The translations under genes were made by a program, and so were the position numbers. The notes beneath the pieces were generated by a model, which was not told where the DNA came from, did no database searches, and saw nothing but the letters and a program-made list of their open reading frames with translations. Positions 48,291 through 58,900 of a stretch of DNA of 64,000 bases are shown here, piece after piece; the first letter of the stretch is position 1; each line of letters begins with the position of its first letter. Source of the stretch: a virus (lineage: Duplodnaviria; Heunggongvirae; Uroviricota; Caudoviricetes; Crassvirales); the IMG/VR virus record IMGVR_UViG_3300027816_000067, positions 8,322 through 72,321 of that record; one strand, given 5' to 3'.

Positions 48291-49378
48291 TATTAGCAAA
48301 AGTAGTAGCAGACAGTAAAAACGAATTTGGTGATCGTATTACTACAATGATAGTTACATTTCCACGTATTATTTTAGCAGAATTTAATACTCATAGAATG
48401 TTTAGTAGAAACTCTGCAAGTAGTAGAGCTATACCATTTGAGAAGATGGTTAAATCTATTAAAGAAAATCCCTTTGTGCCTATAGCATGGATGAAAGATC
48501 ATAGAGGTATGCAAGGAACTGAATTTTTTACTAATGAAGATGAGATTAGAGAATTAAAAAGTCAGTATTTATTTGCTAGAGATTATGCAGTACAACAAGC
48601 AGAAACATTAAACGGTAAAGGACTTACTAAACAAATTGTTAATAGAGGTTTAGAAGCTTATATGTGGCATACAGTAATTGTAACTGCTACAGAATGGGAG
48701 AATTTCTTTGCATTGAGGTGTCCACAATATAGTATTAATGAACCTAATAAAGAAGTTAGTGGTAAATTATTTAGAAGTTGGAAAGATGTAATCAAAGCTA
48801 TTACTTCTTATGATCTTCGTAATCATGATTATGATTTCTATTCTAAGTTTGATAATACTAAAAAACTTAAACATAATAAAGGTCAAGCTGAAATTCACAT
48901 GATGGCTTTAGCAGAAGCAATGTGGGATGCTTATAATGAATCCACTCCTAAAGAATTAAAGGCTGGTGAGTGGCATATACCATTTGGGGATAATCTCGAT
49001 GAGTTTCAAGTTTATAAACAATTTAGCTTAGGCACTATTAACGAATGGGGCATTAAGAGTTTTAGAACTGAATTAGATATTTTGAAGATCAAAATAGCAA
49101 CTGCTCGTTGTGCAAGAGTATCTTATACAGTAGTTGGTGAAGAAGGTAAAGAACCTAATTATGAAAATGATGTAAAACTTCATGATAGATTAGCTGAAAG
49201 TGGTCATTGGAGTCCATTTGAGCATTGTGCTAAAGCTATGAATTTTGGTGAATTTGATAATTCATTTCATAAAGGAAATAGTGGAGATGGACCTGAATTT
49301 TATAGTAATGGATGGAGCGGTAATTTTAGAGGCTTTGTTCAATATCGTAAGATGTTTAATAATGAAAACATAAGTTAA
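48287..49378 (+). CDS. thyX: Flavin-dependent thymidylate synthase (ThyX), long form
   Basis: 363 aa. ILAEFNTHRMFSRNSASSRAI matches the ThyX signature (R)HRxxSxNxxSxR. Confidence 0.65.
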   Translation: MILAKVVADSKNEFGDRITTMIVTFPRIILAEFNTHRMFSRNSASSRAIPFEKMVKSIKENPFVPIAWMKDHRGMQGTEFFTNEDEIRELKSQYLFARDYAVQQAETLNGKGLTKQIVNRGLEAYMWHTVIVTATEWENFFALRCPQYSINEPNKEVSGKLFRSWKDVIKAITSYDLRNHDYDFYSKFDNTKKLKHNKGQAEIHMMALAEAMWDAYNESTPKELKAGEWHIPFGDNLDEFQVYKQFSLGTINEWGIKSFRTELDILKIKIATARCARVSYTVVGEEGKEPNYENDVKLHDRLAESGHWSPFEHCAKAMNFGEFDNSFHKGNSGDGPEFYSNGWSGNFRGFVQYRKMFNNENIS

Positions 49379-49432
49379 CAATCTAATTAGTAGTAAGATT
49401 TATCTTACTACTAATTTTAAACTAAAAATATT

Positions 49433-50329
49433 ATGATTATAGGAATAAGTGGTAAAATTGGTAGTGGTAAAGATACTGTGGGTAAAATTATACAGTATTT
49501 AACTATTAAATCTGATAATAAAATTGTAGAAGCATTACATGAAACTAAAGAAATTGATATTATTAAATTTTTAGATAAATGGAATGGTAATCAATCAGAT
49601 TGGCAAATTAAAAAGTTTGCAGGTAAACTTAAACAAATTGTATCTATACTGACTGGAATATCTGTTGAAGATTTAGAGAAACAAGAAGTTAAAGATAGAT
49701 TATTAGGAGAAGATTGGACTAGATACGGTTATGCTGATGGTTTTAGTGATGTCTATAAAGACGGTGTCAAAGTTGTTACTATGATGAACAAAGAATGTTC
49801 TAAAGAAAGATATGAAGATGAACTAAGAGTTAATTGGCAAACAGCTTATAAAGTAAAATACAATCCTAGACTATTAATGCAGTATATTGGTACTGATTTA
49901 TTTAGAGATAAACTACTTAACAACATTTGGGTTAATGCTTTGTTTGCTGATTACAAAAGTAAATTTGCTGGTGAAGATGGATTTACTACTCATACTTATG
50001 ATAAAATAAAAGATTCTCAAGGAAATTATACAAAAATAACTATAAAAATAAAAGACCATCCATTATTTGAGCCTTCACATTTTCCTAATTGGATTATTAC
50101 TGATATGCGGTTTCCTAATGAGCTACAAGCTATTAAAGATAGAGGAGGTATTTGTGTTAGAGTTAATAGATTGCTAAGTGAAGGAAATAGAGCTTACACA
50201 GAAATTCATCCTTCTGAAACAGCTTTAGATAATGCTACTTTTGATTATACAATTAATAACAATGAAACAATCGAACAACTGGTGGGTAAGGTTAAAGAGA
50301 TTCTTATTTGTGAGAGAATTATTTCTTAG
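49433..50329 (+). CDS. P-loop nucleotide kinase (dNMP kinase-like)
   Basis: 298 aa. N-terminal Walker A IIGISGKIGSGKDTVG (the GxxxSGKDT pattern of phage dNMP kinases). Confidence 0.5.
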   Translation: MIIGISGKIGSGKDTVGKIIQYLTIKSDNKIVEALHETKEIDIIKFLDKWNGNQSDWQIKKFAGKLKQIVSILTGISVEDLEKQEVKDRLLGEDWTRYGYADGFSDVYKDGVKVVTMMNKECSKERYEDELRVNWQTAYKVKYNPRLLMQYIGTDLFRDKLLNNIWVNALFADYKSKFAGEDGFTTHTYDKIKDSQGNYTKITIKIKDHPLFEPSHFPNWIITDMRFPNELQAIKDRGGICVRVNRLLSEGNRAYTEIHPSETALDNATFDYTINNNETIEQLVGKVKEILICERIIS

Positions 50330-50520
50330 TAATAGAATTTTTTATACAAGTAGTATCATTCAAAAAGGTGATGGATATTATTATAGAAATTATAAATTTT
50401 TATTTTATAGTCTAGAAGCAAGTATTTTTGCAGGATATAAGAAACACGCTCTTAATTCTGATAAAACTACTTTTGAGCATTTTCAAAATTTGCATAATAT
50501 TACATTAGAAATTAATATAA

Positions 50521-50763
50521 ATGACAACACAAAAACACAAAACCTTAGTAACCAAGAATGGTGAATGGGCAGCTTATTTATCAGATGGACAAATTGGAAT
50601 TAGTGAAATTCCTCGCATTTTAGCAAAAGAAGCTACTATAGAAGGTTTAAGAGATTATATGATAAATGTTGAGGGTATTCCACAAGAACTAGCAAATGAA
50701 ACTTTAAATAAGTTAGAAATAATTGAAGTTGAAATAAGTTACGCTAAAACATGGCTAAATTAA
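50521..50763 (+). CDS. Hypothetical small protein
   Basis: 80-aa ORF. Confidence 0.4.
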   Translation: MTTQKHKTLVTKNGEWAAYLSDGQIGISEIPRILAKEATIEGLRDYMINVEGIPQELANETLNKLEIIEVEISYAKTWLN

Positions 50764-50969
50764 TTCTTGAATTTGATCTAGATAATCACGAAGATGAGAT
50801 TAGTTCTAGAAAAGCAGTACACGGCTATAAATTGTTTAACGCTTTATTTCAAATATCAGAGGAGTTACGTACAGATATTAAATATAAAGAATTACCGTTA
50901 GAAGATTTTCACCGTAAATTTAATGAAATTTTAGAAGATAATCATATATATTTAAATGAATATCAGTAA
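50751..50969 (+). CDS. Hypothetical small protein
   Basis: 72-aa ORF. Confidence 0.4.
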   Translation: MAKLILEFDLDNHEDEISSRKAVHGYKLFNALFQISEELRTDIKYKELPLEDFHRKFNEILEDNHIYLNEYQ

Positions 50970-51289
50970 TGGACAGTTTATTACAAACGTTATACTATGC
51001 TTATGTTTTTATAGGTGGCTTTTGTAGTGTAGAAAATGTTCAGTATCAAAATACTAAACATTTTGTATACATTAATACTGAAGAGTACCAAGTAAGATTA
51101 ATAAAATCTCACAAAATCAATGATACGACATATGCTTGTTTAGATGAAGAAGGATATGCCTGGTTATTTACTTATGAAAGAAGTAAGAAAGGATATAAAA
51201 TAATATTTCTTACTGATGAAGATGCAGAAGAACTTGAATTTTTTACAATAACTATTTCTAATTTAGATATTTGTGAGCAGCGAGAATAA
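50969..51289 (+). CDS. Hypothetical protein
   Basis: 106-aa ORF. Confidence 0.4.
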   Translation: MDSLLQTLYYAYVFIGGFCSVENVQYQNTKHFVYINTEEYQVRLIKSHKINDTTYACLDEEGYAWLFTYERSKKGYKIIFLTDEDAEELEFFTITISNLDICEQRE

Positions 51290-51539
51290 ATATACGTTTT
51301 GGTTATACTTTCTTAGAAATAACTATGAAGATGTAAATAAAAGAGAGTGGGTTGTTGTTATAAAACAAAACAATCGTTTAAAAGGATTAAAATTTATTGT
51401 TAATAAAATAAATATTGACGTACCTACTTGGGTAGTTAATAGAGGTTTAAGAAAACATCCTTGTGGTGTCATTAGTGGAGAGTTTAGTCAATTTATTGTT
51501 TGGGAAGATAAAGGAATAAAATATATTTTAATAGAATGA
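51273..51539 (+). CDS. Hypothetical protein
   Basis: 88-aa ORF. Confidence 0.4.
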   Translation: MSSENKYTFWLYFLRNNYEDVNKREWVVVIKQNNRLKGLKFIVNKINIDVPTWVVNRGLRKHPCGVISGEFSQFIVWEDKGIKYILIE

Positions 51540-52327
51540 ATTTAGCAGATAAAATAGGTGAAAGATGGGTTCCTATTCTTGGACAAGAATTTGAAAAAGA
51601 ATATCTTCAAAAACTTGGTGCTTGGATTACATATACAAGACAAAGTAAAACAATTTATCCTGAAAGTCAAGATATATTTAAAGCTTTAAAGCTATGTCCA
51701 TATGGTCAGGTTAAAGTTGTTATTATTGGTCAAGATCCTTATTATGATGGCACTGCGGATGGTTTAGCTTTTTCCTATAAAGATGGATTAAAGTTTCCAA
51801 AAGGTAAAAAATCTCTTGATATTATACTAGAAGAAATAGAAAGAGATTGTTACGATGGATTCAATTTAAATAAAGACTATCAATTAGATTATCTTGCTAA
51901 ACAAGGTGTTCTTTTGCTTAATAGTATATTAACTGTGTTTAAGGGAAAACCTGCAAGTCATAAAGATTTAGGTTGGGAAAACTTTACAGATGCTGTTATT
52001 ATTAGTCAAATAATGGAACCCTCTCGCAAAGTATTTATGTTATGGGGTAATGAAGCTAAGGCAGCATTTAATAGAGTTAAATCCAAAATTGATTATTTTT
52101 TCTATGATGTTCATTTAGTTTTAGAAGCAAAACATCCTGCATCTGACTTATATAATTCAGATAGTTTTGGAAATATTACACCAAATTACCCTAATACATT
52201 TAGCGGTTGTAAACATTTTAGTCAAGCTAATCAATTTTTATTAGATACACATACTACTTGTATTGATTGGTTACCTGTAACAGAACCACATTTTAATCTT
52301 AAATTGAGCGATACTGCTCCTTTTTAA
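51536..52327 (+). CDS. ung: Uracil-DNA glycosylase, family 1 (UNG)
   Basis: 263 aa. VVIIGQDPYYDGTADGLAFS matches the UNG water-activating loop GQDPYH...GLAFS. GVLLLNSILTV matches the UNG motif VLLLNAVLTV. Confidence 0.75.
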   Translation: MNLADKIGERWVPILGQEFEKEYLQKLGAWITYTRQSKTIYPESQDIFKALKLCPYGQVKVVIIGQDPYYDGTADGLAFSYKDGLKFPKGKKSLDIILEEIERDCYDGFNLNKDYQLDYLAKQGVLLLNSILTVFKGKPASHKDLGWENFTDAVIISQIMEPSRKVFMLWGNEAKAAFNRVKSKIDYFFYDVHLVLEAKHPASDLYNSDSFGNITPNYPNTFSGCKHFSQANQFLLDTHTTCIDWLPVTEPHFNLKLSDTAPF

Positions 52328-52432
52328 TTATGAAAGAAATATTAGATGAAATAGAAAGTAAATTTATAGAAAGATGTAAAGCTCAAGATATTAAATTTAA
52401 AAGTAAAAAATTTTATATAGTTAAATATTAAT

Positions 52433-52681
52433 ATGAAAACAATAGAAATTTATGAAGTAGGTGACGAAGTTTATTTTTTAAGTAATACAGAAGGATTTGT
52501 AAAAGGTTGGATTAAGTCTATTGAAACCAACAAAAACAATATTTTTTATCGAGTTAATTGTGACGGCTATAATAGGGAGTATCTAGGTGATTTAAAATCT
52601 TTTGAATTATTATTTAGAGATGTTAAAACAATGTTAAATTATTATTCTAAAAACATAAAATTTACGAATAACAGCATTTAA
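52433..52681 (+). CDS. Hypothetical small protein
   Basis: 82-aa ORF. Confidence 0.4.
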   Translation: MKTIEIYEVGDEVYFLSNTEGFVKGWIKSIETNKNNIFYRVNCDGYNREYLGDLKSFELLFRDVKTMLNYYSKNIKFTNNSI

Positions 52682-52686
52682 AATAT

Positions 52687-52959
52687 ATGGAAAATTTATT
52701 TGAATTTAAAATTGAAGATGTTGAAGTAAAAGGTCGTGGTGCTCGTAAAGAAAAAGAAAAAGAAAGTATTTTACGAGTTTTACCAAACCTTAAAGCAGGT
52801 CAGTCTATTTTTATAGAAGCTACTATGTTAAGTACAGTAACAGTACGGGAAATAATTAAAAATCTAAATGAAACTAGTAGTGATCGAAGATATGTATTAA
52901 GTATTAAAGATAAACCAGTTAAGGGTACTAGGATTGGAGTTAAATTTTATCGTAATTAA
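52687..52959 (+). CDS. Hypothetical small protein
   Basis: 90-aa ORF. Confidence 0.4.
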   Translation: MENLFEFKIEDVEVKGRGARKEKEKESILRVLPNLKAGQSIFIEATMLSTVTVREIIKNLNETSSDRRYVLSIKDKPVKGTRIGVKFYRN

Positions 52960-52961
52960 TT

Positions 52962-53705
52962 ATGGATGTAAGTTTAGATCAAGTATTAAATAGTAAGGTT
53001 TATGTAAAGGAAGACTCTCTTATTAGTTTTGGAAGTCCTCGTCAATATATTGAACCTTTTGTTGAAAAGTTACAAGGAATTACTAATAATTTTAGAGTTT
53101 CTGTATCTGATCGCGTTGCTAATAAAGAAGAATCAGGTAGTATTAATGAAGCGTATGGGCGTGTTTTAATTGAAGCAAAACTTCCTAATGAGTTTTGTGC
53201 TTATGACCATGATTCTGTAATTGGTATGGTCTATGCGCTAGACACTCAAAAACCTACGATGCGAGTATATTCAGGTGAAAATGCTTGGGCGTGTACTAAT
53301 CTTTCTATTTTTGGTGCTCGCTATATTCATCAGGTAGAATTACTACAAGGCAACTCTTCTATATATGAAAAAGCATATGAGTATGTAGATAGTGTTACAG
53401 AACAACTTCATAGGTTCCGAGAAATTTATGAAAGAATGAATGAAAAAGTATATGAAGGAGATGATATTAATCGAGTAGTGGGTTACCTTTTAAGAGAAGG
53501 TAGCAGAAATAAGCAGATTGGTACTAGTGCTATTCTTTCTGCAGTTAAAGATCTTGACGATAATAAATCAAGATATGCTATTCGAGAAAATAAAGTGTCT
53601 CAATGGAATGTTTATTCAGCTGTTACTCAATATATTACCGATAAAGTTGATATTGTAGATAAAGCTAGTAAAACAGTAGTGGTGTCAAATCTTTTTATAA
53701 ATTAA
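52962..53705 (+). CDS. Hypothetical protein
   Basis: 247-aa ORF. Confidence 0.5.
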   Translation: MDVSLDQVLNSKVYVKEDSLISFGSPRQYIEPFVEKLQGITNNFRVSVSDRVANKEESGSINEAYGRVLIEAKLPNEFCAYDHDSVIGMVYALDTQKPTMRVYSGENAWACTNLSIFGARYIHQVELLQGNSSIYEKAYEYVDSVTEQLHRFREIYERMNEKVYEGDDINRVVGYLLREGSRNKQIGTSAILSAVKDLDDNKSRYAIRENKVSQWNVYSAVTQYITDKVDIVDKASKTVVVSNLFIN

Positions 53706-53706
53706 C

Positions 53707-54300
53707 ATGAACAATCTTATTTATTGTAAAAATACTAAAAGAACTCTTCCTGATTTAGGTCTTGATAAAGAGCAAATTAATCGTCTTATTCCTGTGGAAA
53801 TAGGACATAAATTAAACTTGGCTCACATGGCTTTAGGACTTAGTACAGAGTTAGGTGAATTAGTAAATTGTATTGGTACCGAGTTAAAAGTTAGAGTAGA
53901 TCGAGTTAATTTAGGAGAAGAAATTGGTGATTTGTATTGGTATATTGCTAATTATTGTAACTTACAAGACATTGCTCCTCCTGATGAATTAACTATTAAT
54001 AGCTTACCTGATTATAAAGCTATGGAATTACTTATTTCTAGTATTGCAGATTTAAATGATCTAGTTAAGAAATTTGTAGCTTACAATAGACCTATTGAAA
54101 AATCAGTAGAATTAGAAGCTATTTACGATATTTATTCTTCTTTAAATTTACTTGAAGAAGTTTATAAATTAAATGGAGCAGAATTAAGAGCAGCTAATAT
54201 TGAAAAACTGCGTGTTCGTTATCCTCATAAGTTTACAGAAGAAGCAGCTATCAATAGAGATATTGACAAAGAACGACAAACACTAGAAAATAAGTTATAA
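53707..54300 (+). CDS. MazG-like nucleoside triphosphate pyrophosphohydrolase
   Basis: 197 aa. LSTELGELVNCIGTELKVRVDR...GEEIGDLYWYI matches the E-x2-E...E-x2-D pattern of MazG/dimeric dUTPase-type all-alpha NTP pyrophosphatases. Confidence 0.45.
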   Translation: MNNLIYCKNTKRTLPDLGLDKEQINRLIPVEIGHKLNLAHMALGLSTELGELVNCIGTELKVRVDRVNLGEEIGDLYWYIANYCNLQDIAPPDELTINSLPDYKAMELLISSIADLNDLVKKFVAYNRPIEKSVELEAIYDIYSSLNLLEEVYKLNGAELRAANIEKLRVRYPHKFTEEAAINRDIDKERQTLENKL

Positions 54301-54302
54301 AT

Positions 54303-54512
54303 ATGTATTATCAAAATGAACAGGAAATTCGTTTTCCTAAATACCAACTTGATGTAAGCTTTAGTTTCTTTAATTGGTCTTTTTATATTACTAAAGGTAG
54401 TTATACACGAGCTTTAGATAATAAACCACTTGAAGAGGTTACACGTTATTGGAGTTTTTTATTTTTGAGTTTTGAACTACGTCATATTCAAGATAAAACC
54501 AGTAAATCCTAA
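54303..54512 (+). CDS. Hypothetical small protein
   Basis: 69 aa; last plus-strand ORF before the convergent terminator. Confidence 0.35.
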   Translation: MYYQNEQEIRFPKYQLDVSFSFFNWSFYITKGSYTRALDNKPLEEVTRYWSFLFLSFELRHIQDKTSKS

Positions 54513-54532
54513 TAAATAAAATGGTCTTGCAA

Positions 54533-54600
54533 CACAAATTGCAAGACCATTTTCTTTTAATCGTCTGTATCTTTATACAGATCGGTTGTTTTTATTGCAT
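54533..54600. terminator. Bidirectional intrinsic terminator pair between convergent gene blocks
   Basis: Perfect 10-bp stem GGTCTTGCAA cacaaa TTGCAAGACC flanked by T/A runs on both sides, plus a second hairpin GTCTGTAT ctt ATACAGAT. Lies between the plus block (ending 54512) and the minus block (ending 54604). Confidence 0.7.
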
Positions 54601-54603
54601 CTA

Positions 54604-55941
54604 TTAGCGACTCAGCGCAAAATCAAAATGATGCACATTATTTCTACTAGAATTAGCCACAAATATAGAAAATCCTGGTGAACAACTGTAACCATTTTCC
54701 TCTGCCCATCTGTTTCCTGTAACGATAGGAGCCACAGTTACAGCCCTATATTTGTTTGTGTCACTAAGTATTGTATTCTTTTCCTGAAAAATTTTTGTAC
54801 TTTTACGTATATGTAAATGCGCGGTCAAGAATACATTGTACTTACTTTGATCTCCATATTCAAAAACTACTTTACCTAAATCTTGTTTTGCTATTTTATG
54901 ATCTCCATGATTTAGAATATAGCAGATATTATCAATTTCAGTATTAATGATAAAAGGATGCCAAGTTGTAGGTACTGTTTTGCTTAACATATAAGCTACA
55001 ATTTGTGCTGCTCCACCATCTTTATCCATAGGTTTTTCTGGAGTTAGTCTATCATGATTACCACTAACCATATAGACGTGTTTTAAATTATTTATAGAAG
55101 ACAACATCTTATGCAGTAATTCATATGCTGCAATAATAAGATTTCCGCCTGTCATTCCAAACTCCATTTCTTTAAGAGTCTCTATTTTATTATAGCCAGT
55201 TACAGACTCTACCAAATCTCCCAATATTACAACGTGTACTTCTTTAAATCCGAGTTGATTTGTTTTAGTAACTATTTCTGTAAGATATTCTGTTAATTTA
55301 CGAACATTGTATTCTTGTGTATGTTTAGTAAATTTCTCTATTTTTAGTCCAGCATGAATATCAGCTAAAGCAACAACTCCCGCATTAAAATTTTCTGTCT
55401 TAACAATATTTATCTTATCATTTTTAACAAATTGATTCACAATTTTATATATCTTTTGATAATCAATCTCGTTTTCTTTCTTTACAAGCTGAACATTTAC
55501 TAAATAGTTAGTCTTTTTTACGGGAGTGTGTACTATTTTACCATCTTTTATTTTTTCTATTTTCATTGAAGTATCCCAAGACTTACAATTCCAGGATACT
55601 ACTTTCCAAATTTTAGTATCTACTTCAAAGTAATCTAAAGCTTCTTTTAAAGAAGTAATAGGTTTTTCTGTCTTAGCTTTAAGTTCTCTAGTATTCTCAT
55701 TTTCAAAAATTTCTCTTCCATTTTCACCCAAAGTAATTTGAGGTGCTGTATTACGTGTTTTTATTACACTTTTGGTTTTTAAATACTTTTTATATAAAGA
55801 AATAGTAAATGTTTGATTACCTTCTTCTTTTTCTTTAATTATAAAAGCTTTAATACAATCATTATCTGTTTCAAATTCTCCTCTAACTTCATCGTAAAAA
55901 TCATAAAATTTAGTTCGTAATTTAACATTAATTTGAGACAT
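54604..55941 (-). CDS. Calcineurin-like metallophosphoesterase
   Basis: 445 aa. Motif ADIHAG (D-x-H), GDLVE (GDxxD/E), GNHD. Immediately downstream of the giant protein gene, with the stop/start separated by 1 nt. Confidence 0.75.
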   Translation of the reverse strand: MSQINVKLRTKFYDFYDEVRGEFETDNDCIKAFIIKEKEEGNQTFTISLYKKYLKTKSVIKTRNTAPQITLGENGREIFENENTRELKAKTEKPITSLKEALDYFEVDTKIWKVVSWNCKSWDTSMKIEKIKDGKIVHTPVKKTNYLVNVQLVKKENEIDYQKIYKIVNQFVKNDKINIVKTENFNAGVVALADIHAGLKIEKFTKHTQEYNVRKLTEYLTEIVTKTNQLGFKEVHVVILGDLVESVTGYNKIETLKEMEFGMTGGNLIIAAYELLHKMLSSINNLKHVYMVSGNHDRLTPEKPMDKDGGAAQIVAYMLSKTVPTTWHPFIINTEIDNICYILNHGDHKIAKQDLGKVVFEYGDQSKYNVFLTAHLHIRKSTKIFQEKNTILSDTNKYRAVTVAPIVTGNRWAEENGYSCSPGFSIFVANSSRNNVHHFDFALSR

Positions 55942-55942
55942 A

Positions 55943-58900
55943 TTATTCTATTATAGTGTTAGTTAACGACACAAGTACTGGAGGATTATTACTAAAAAAC
56001 TTTAATTGCTCTTCAGGAGTTCTAGCATTGTAGTAAGTACCAGCAAAAGGTACTAATTCAATACCTATAATCTCATAATTCTTTAATCCCTTGTACTTTC
56101 CTTTCTCCATTTCATCGTTCCAATTCCAAACTTCTATTAATCTTTGTAACTTTTCAATTTGACGAATTGCAGGAAGAGGACTACGTGCAAGACGTATAGC
56201 TTCTTGAGGGTTACTATAAAACTGCAATTCAGAATGTATTCTCAATGCTTCGTAAGCAATAAATGCTGCTACCCAATTATCTTCATCATCTGCATATGCA
56301 GTAGCTAAAGAAGCTATTGCTGCTGTAGCAAGCATAAAACTAAATTCTGTGGCAACACGGATTAAATTAGCTTTTTCTACTGCTTTTATAGTTTCGTCAG
56401 TAGTTCCTAAAGTATCTTTAAGTTCTGTCAATTCTAGAATAGAACGTTTTAACACTCTCCACAGTGTTGTGTAATATCCTTCTGTATAAATTTCCCCTTC
56501 CTCATTATAAGTAAGTTTTTCAAATCGTCTGTTCCACCCTGGTTTCATCCATTTTCTAAATAATAAACCCATTCGTCCTATAGCATATCTATGAACTGCT
56601 GCTTTATCTATATCATTATAGATACCATGTAATCTCTTATTTAAGAAGTTTTGTCTGTTAATAAATCTATTAACATCTTTTTGAGTCAATGGCTTACCGT
56701 TTTCTTCTTTCTTAAATAAATCAGTTGCTTTTTCTCCTCCTACCTTTGTCAATCCTTCTTTTAATTTAAGTCTATAAGATGGATTTTCCTCTGTTCCCAC
56801 ATTTACAACATCATAAGCTTCCCAAAGAGTCATTATATTTCCTTCAGTATCTTTTACTTTTATTCTTTGAGCAAGTGCTAAAGAAGATTTAAGCTGCATA
56901 TAATGTTCACCACTTCTATTCATAAAGTATAAACTAGATTGAGTAAACATTCTAGAGAACCAATTTGTTCTACCAGTATTTGCGTCTCTTAATTCTCTAT
57001 TGTAGTCTTGCAGTGTATTATGATATTCACTCCATAAGCTTAATTTATTAGATACATTTCTAGCACCAATATCTTTTAAAGTACTAGGTAATTCACTTAA
57101 ATAAATTTTATCTGCTTCTAATAAATCTTTATTAGTAATAAGTTCTCCAGCAAATGCTTCCATTCTAGTCATTATATTACCATAAGCTAAGTTAGCAACA
57201 CCTGCATAAACGTTCAAAGCAAGAGAAGATAAAGATGTATATTTATTTAAAGTATCTGCAAGCTTTGCAAATTTTTCATCTTTCTTTTCATTACCATAAA
57301 TTACCATTTCCATATAATCTTGATAACGTGCAAATGCTTTACTATTTTCACCTTTAATAGTAATTTGTTTACCTTTTTCTCCTTCTTTTTTAAAGTAAGT
57401 AATAGGATCAAAAGTACCTGTTAATATTTCTCTTTCAATAAGAATATCTTTAGATAGTTCCACCATATCTACTACTTTACTAATAGCCTGATAGTTATAA
57501 GCTGAGTTAACTAAAGCAATTAATGAAGAACTTGCATCAGTAGATAATTGTGTAGGATCAATAGGTCTAGTATAGAACATAGGTACAAAATTTACAGGAT
57601 TACCTTTTTCATCTGTAAGTTTTGTTAATCCAAACTCTATATCATCACCAGCTTGCTTTTTAAAAGCTTCCAGTATAGTTTCCTTACCTTCGTTTAAATA
57701 ATCTTTAGGAGATTTAAGAGTTCTTTCTCCATTTTTATCTACAAAAGCTAATCTTTCAAAGAAATCTTTTCTTACTTGTGGCATATAACCAAATAGTTTA
57801 TATGCTTCAGGTAATTGAGATTCTACTTCTTTTAATAAATTAGTATATTTATCATAATAAGCTTTAAGTGCTGGATTATTTTCAATCTCTGCAAATTGAC
57901 GGCTTAAATACTTATCAGAAGGAACAGCAAGTTCTTTAATATATCTAAGTTCACGCTCTCCACTTTCAGGATTATATATTTCTGTACTATTTTTAGCAAC
58001 CCAGGCATTATACTCCCTTATACCAATACGTTGACCATATCGTGTAATAAATTCCTTTTTCTTATTTTCTAAAACTTCTTTATAATTAGGATTTACTTGA
58101 GTATTAATACTAAACCACTCTGCTACTTTTCTATTCCACTCTCTTTGTTTAAATGCATCTTCTGGTTTTGGTCCAATAGACTTAAAAAAGGCAGATTTTG
58201 CTTTATTATATTCAGCAACATTCCACTTACTAATCATTCTACCTGAAAGATTGCCTGCAAAATCTCTTTCATACATCCAATTAGTAGATTTAATACCAGC
58301 TTTTTCTAATTCCTGCTGCATATCTACTATAGATTTTGCTTTTTCTAGTAATGGTACTCTATAATTATTTAATGAGTCTTTAACAATAATATCAATAATT
58401 TTTAAAATAGGATCACCGGATTCAGCTAAAGCATCTAAACCTCGTTGAGTAAAAGAAATATCTTTTTCTAATACTTCTAGTGCTTTTTCCATATCCTGTT
58501 TTAATTTAGGATTAGATGAAAAAGACTTAAATATATCAGCAAGAAGTGTTTTACCTAATTTTAAATAATTATTTTTTAAAGCTTGAGTAGTCACATAGGT
58601 ATCACTAGCTTTAACATTAATACTATTATTCGTAAAAGGTTTATCTGTTGCTAATTTTTCTAATGTACTTTCAAAACCTAAAACATAATTTTGTGCAGAA
58701 CGAAGAGTATTAATTAATTCTCTTTTTTCTTCTAAAGTTTCAGGTATTCCATTTTTAATAATTTCACCGATTTGATTATATCGTTTTGCAACTGTATCCA
58801 ATTCAATTCGTGCATTAGCTAAATATCTTAATAAACCTAACTCATATTTCTCTTTATTAAGATCTTTTATTAATTTGTCAAAAATGTCTTTTTCTCTTTG

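Noticed and set aside
50232-50564. 110-aa ORF overlapping the 3' end of the kinase gene and the start of the next gene
   Set aside because: It overlaps about 100 nt of the well-supported kinase ORF in another frame, and the N-terminal half is low-complexity; at most a shorter internal-start protein, left uncalled.
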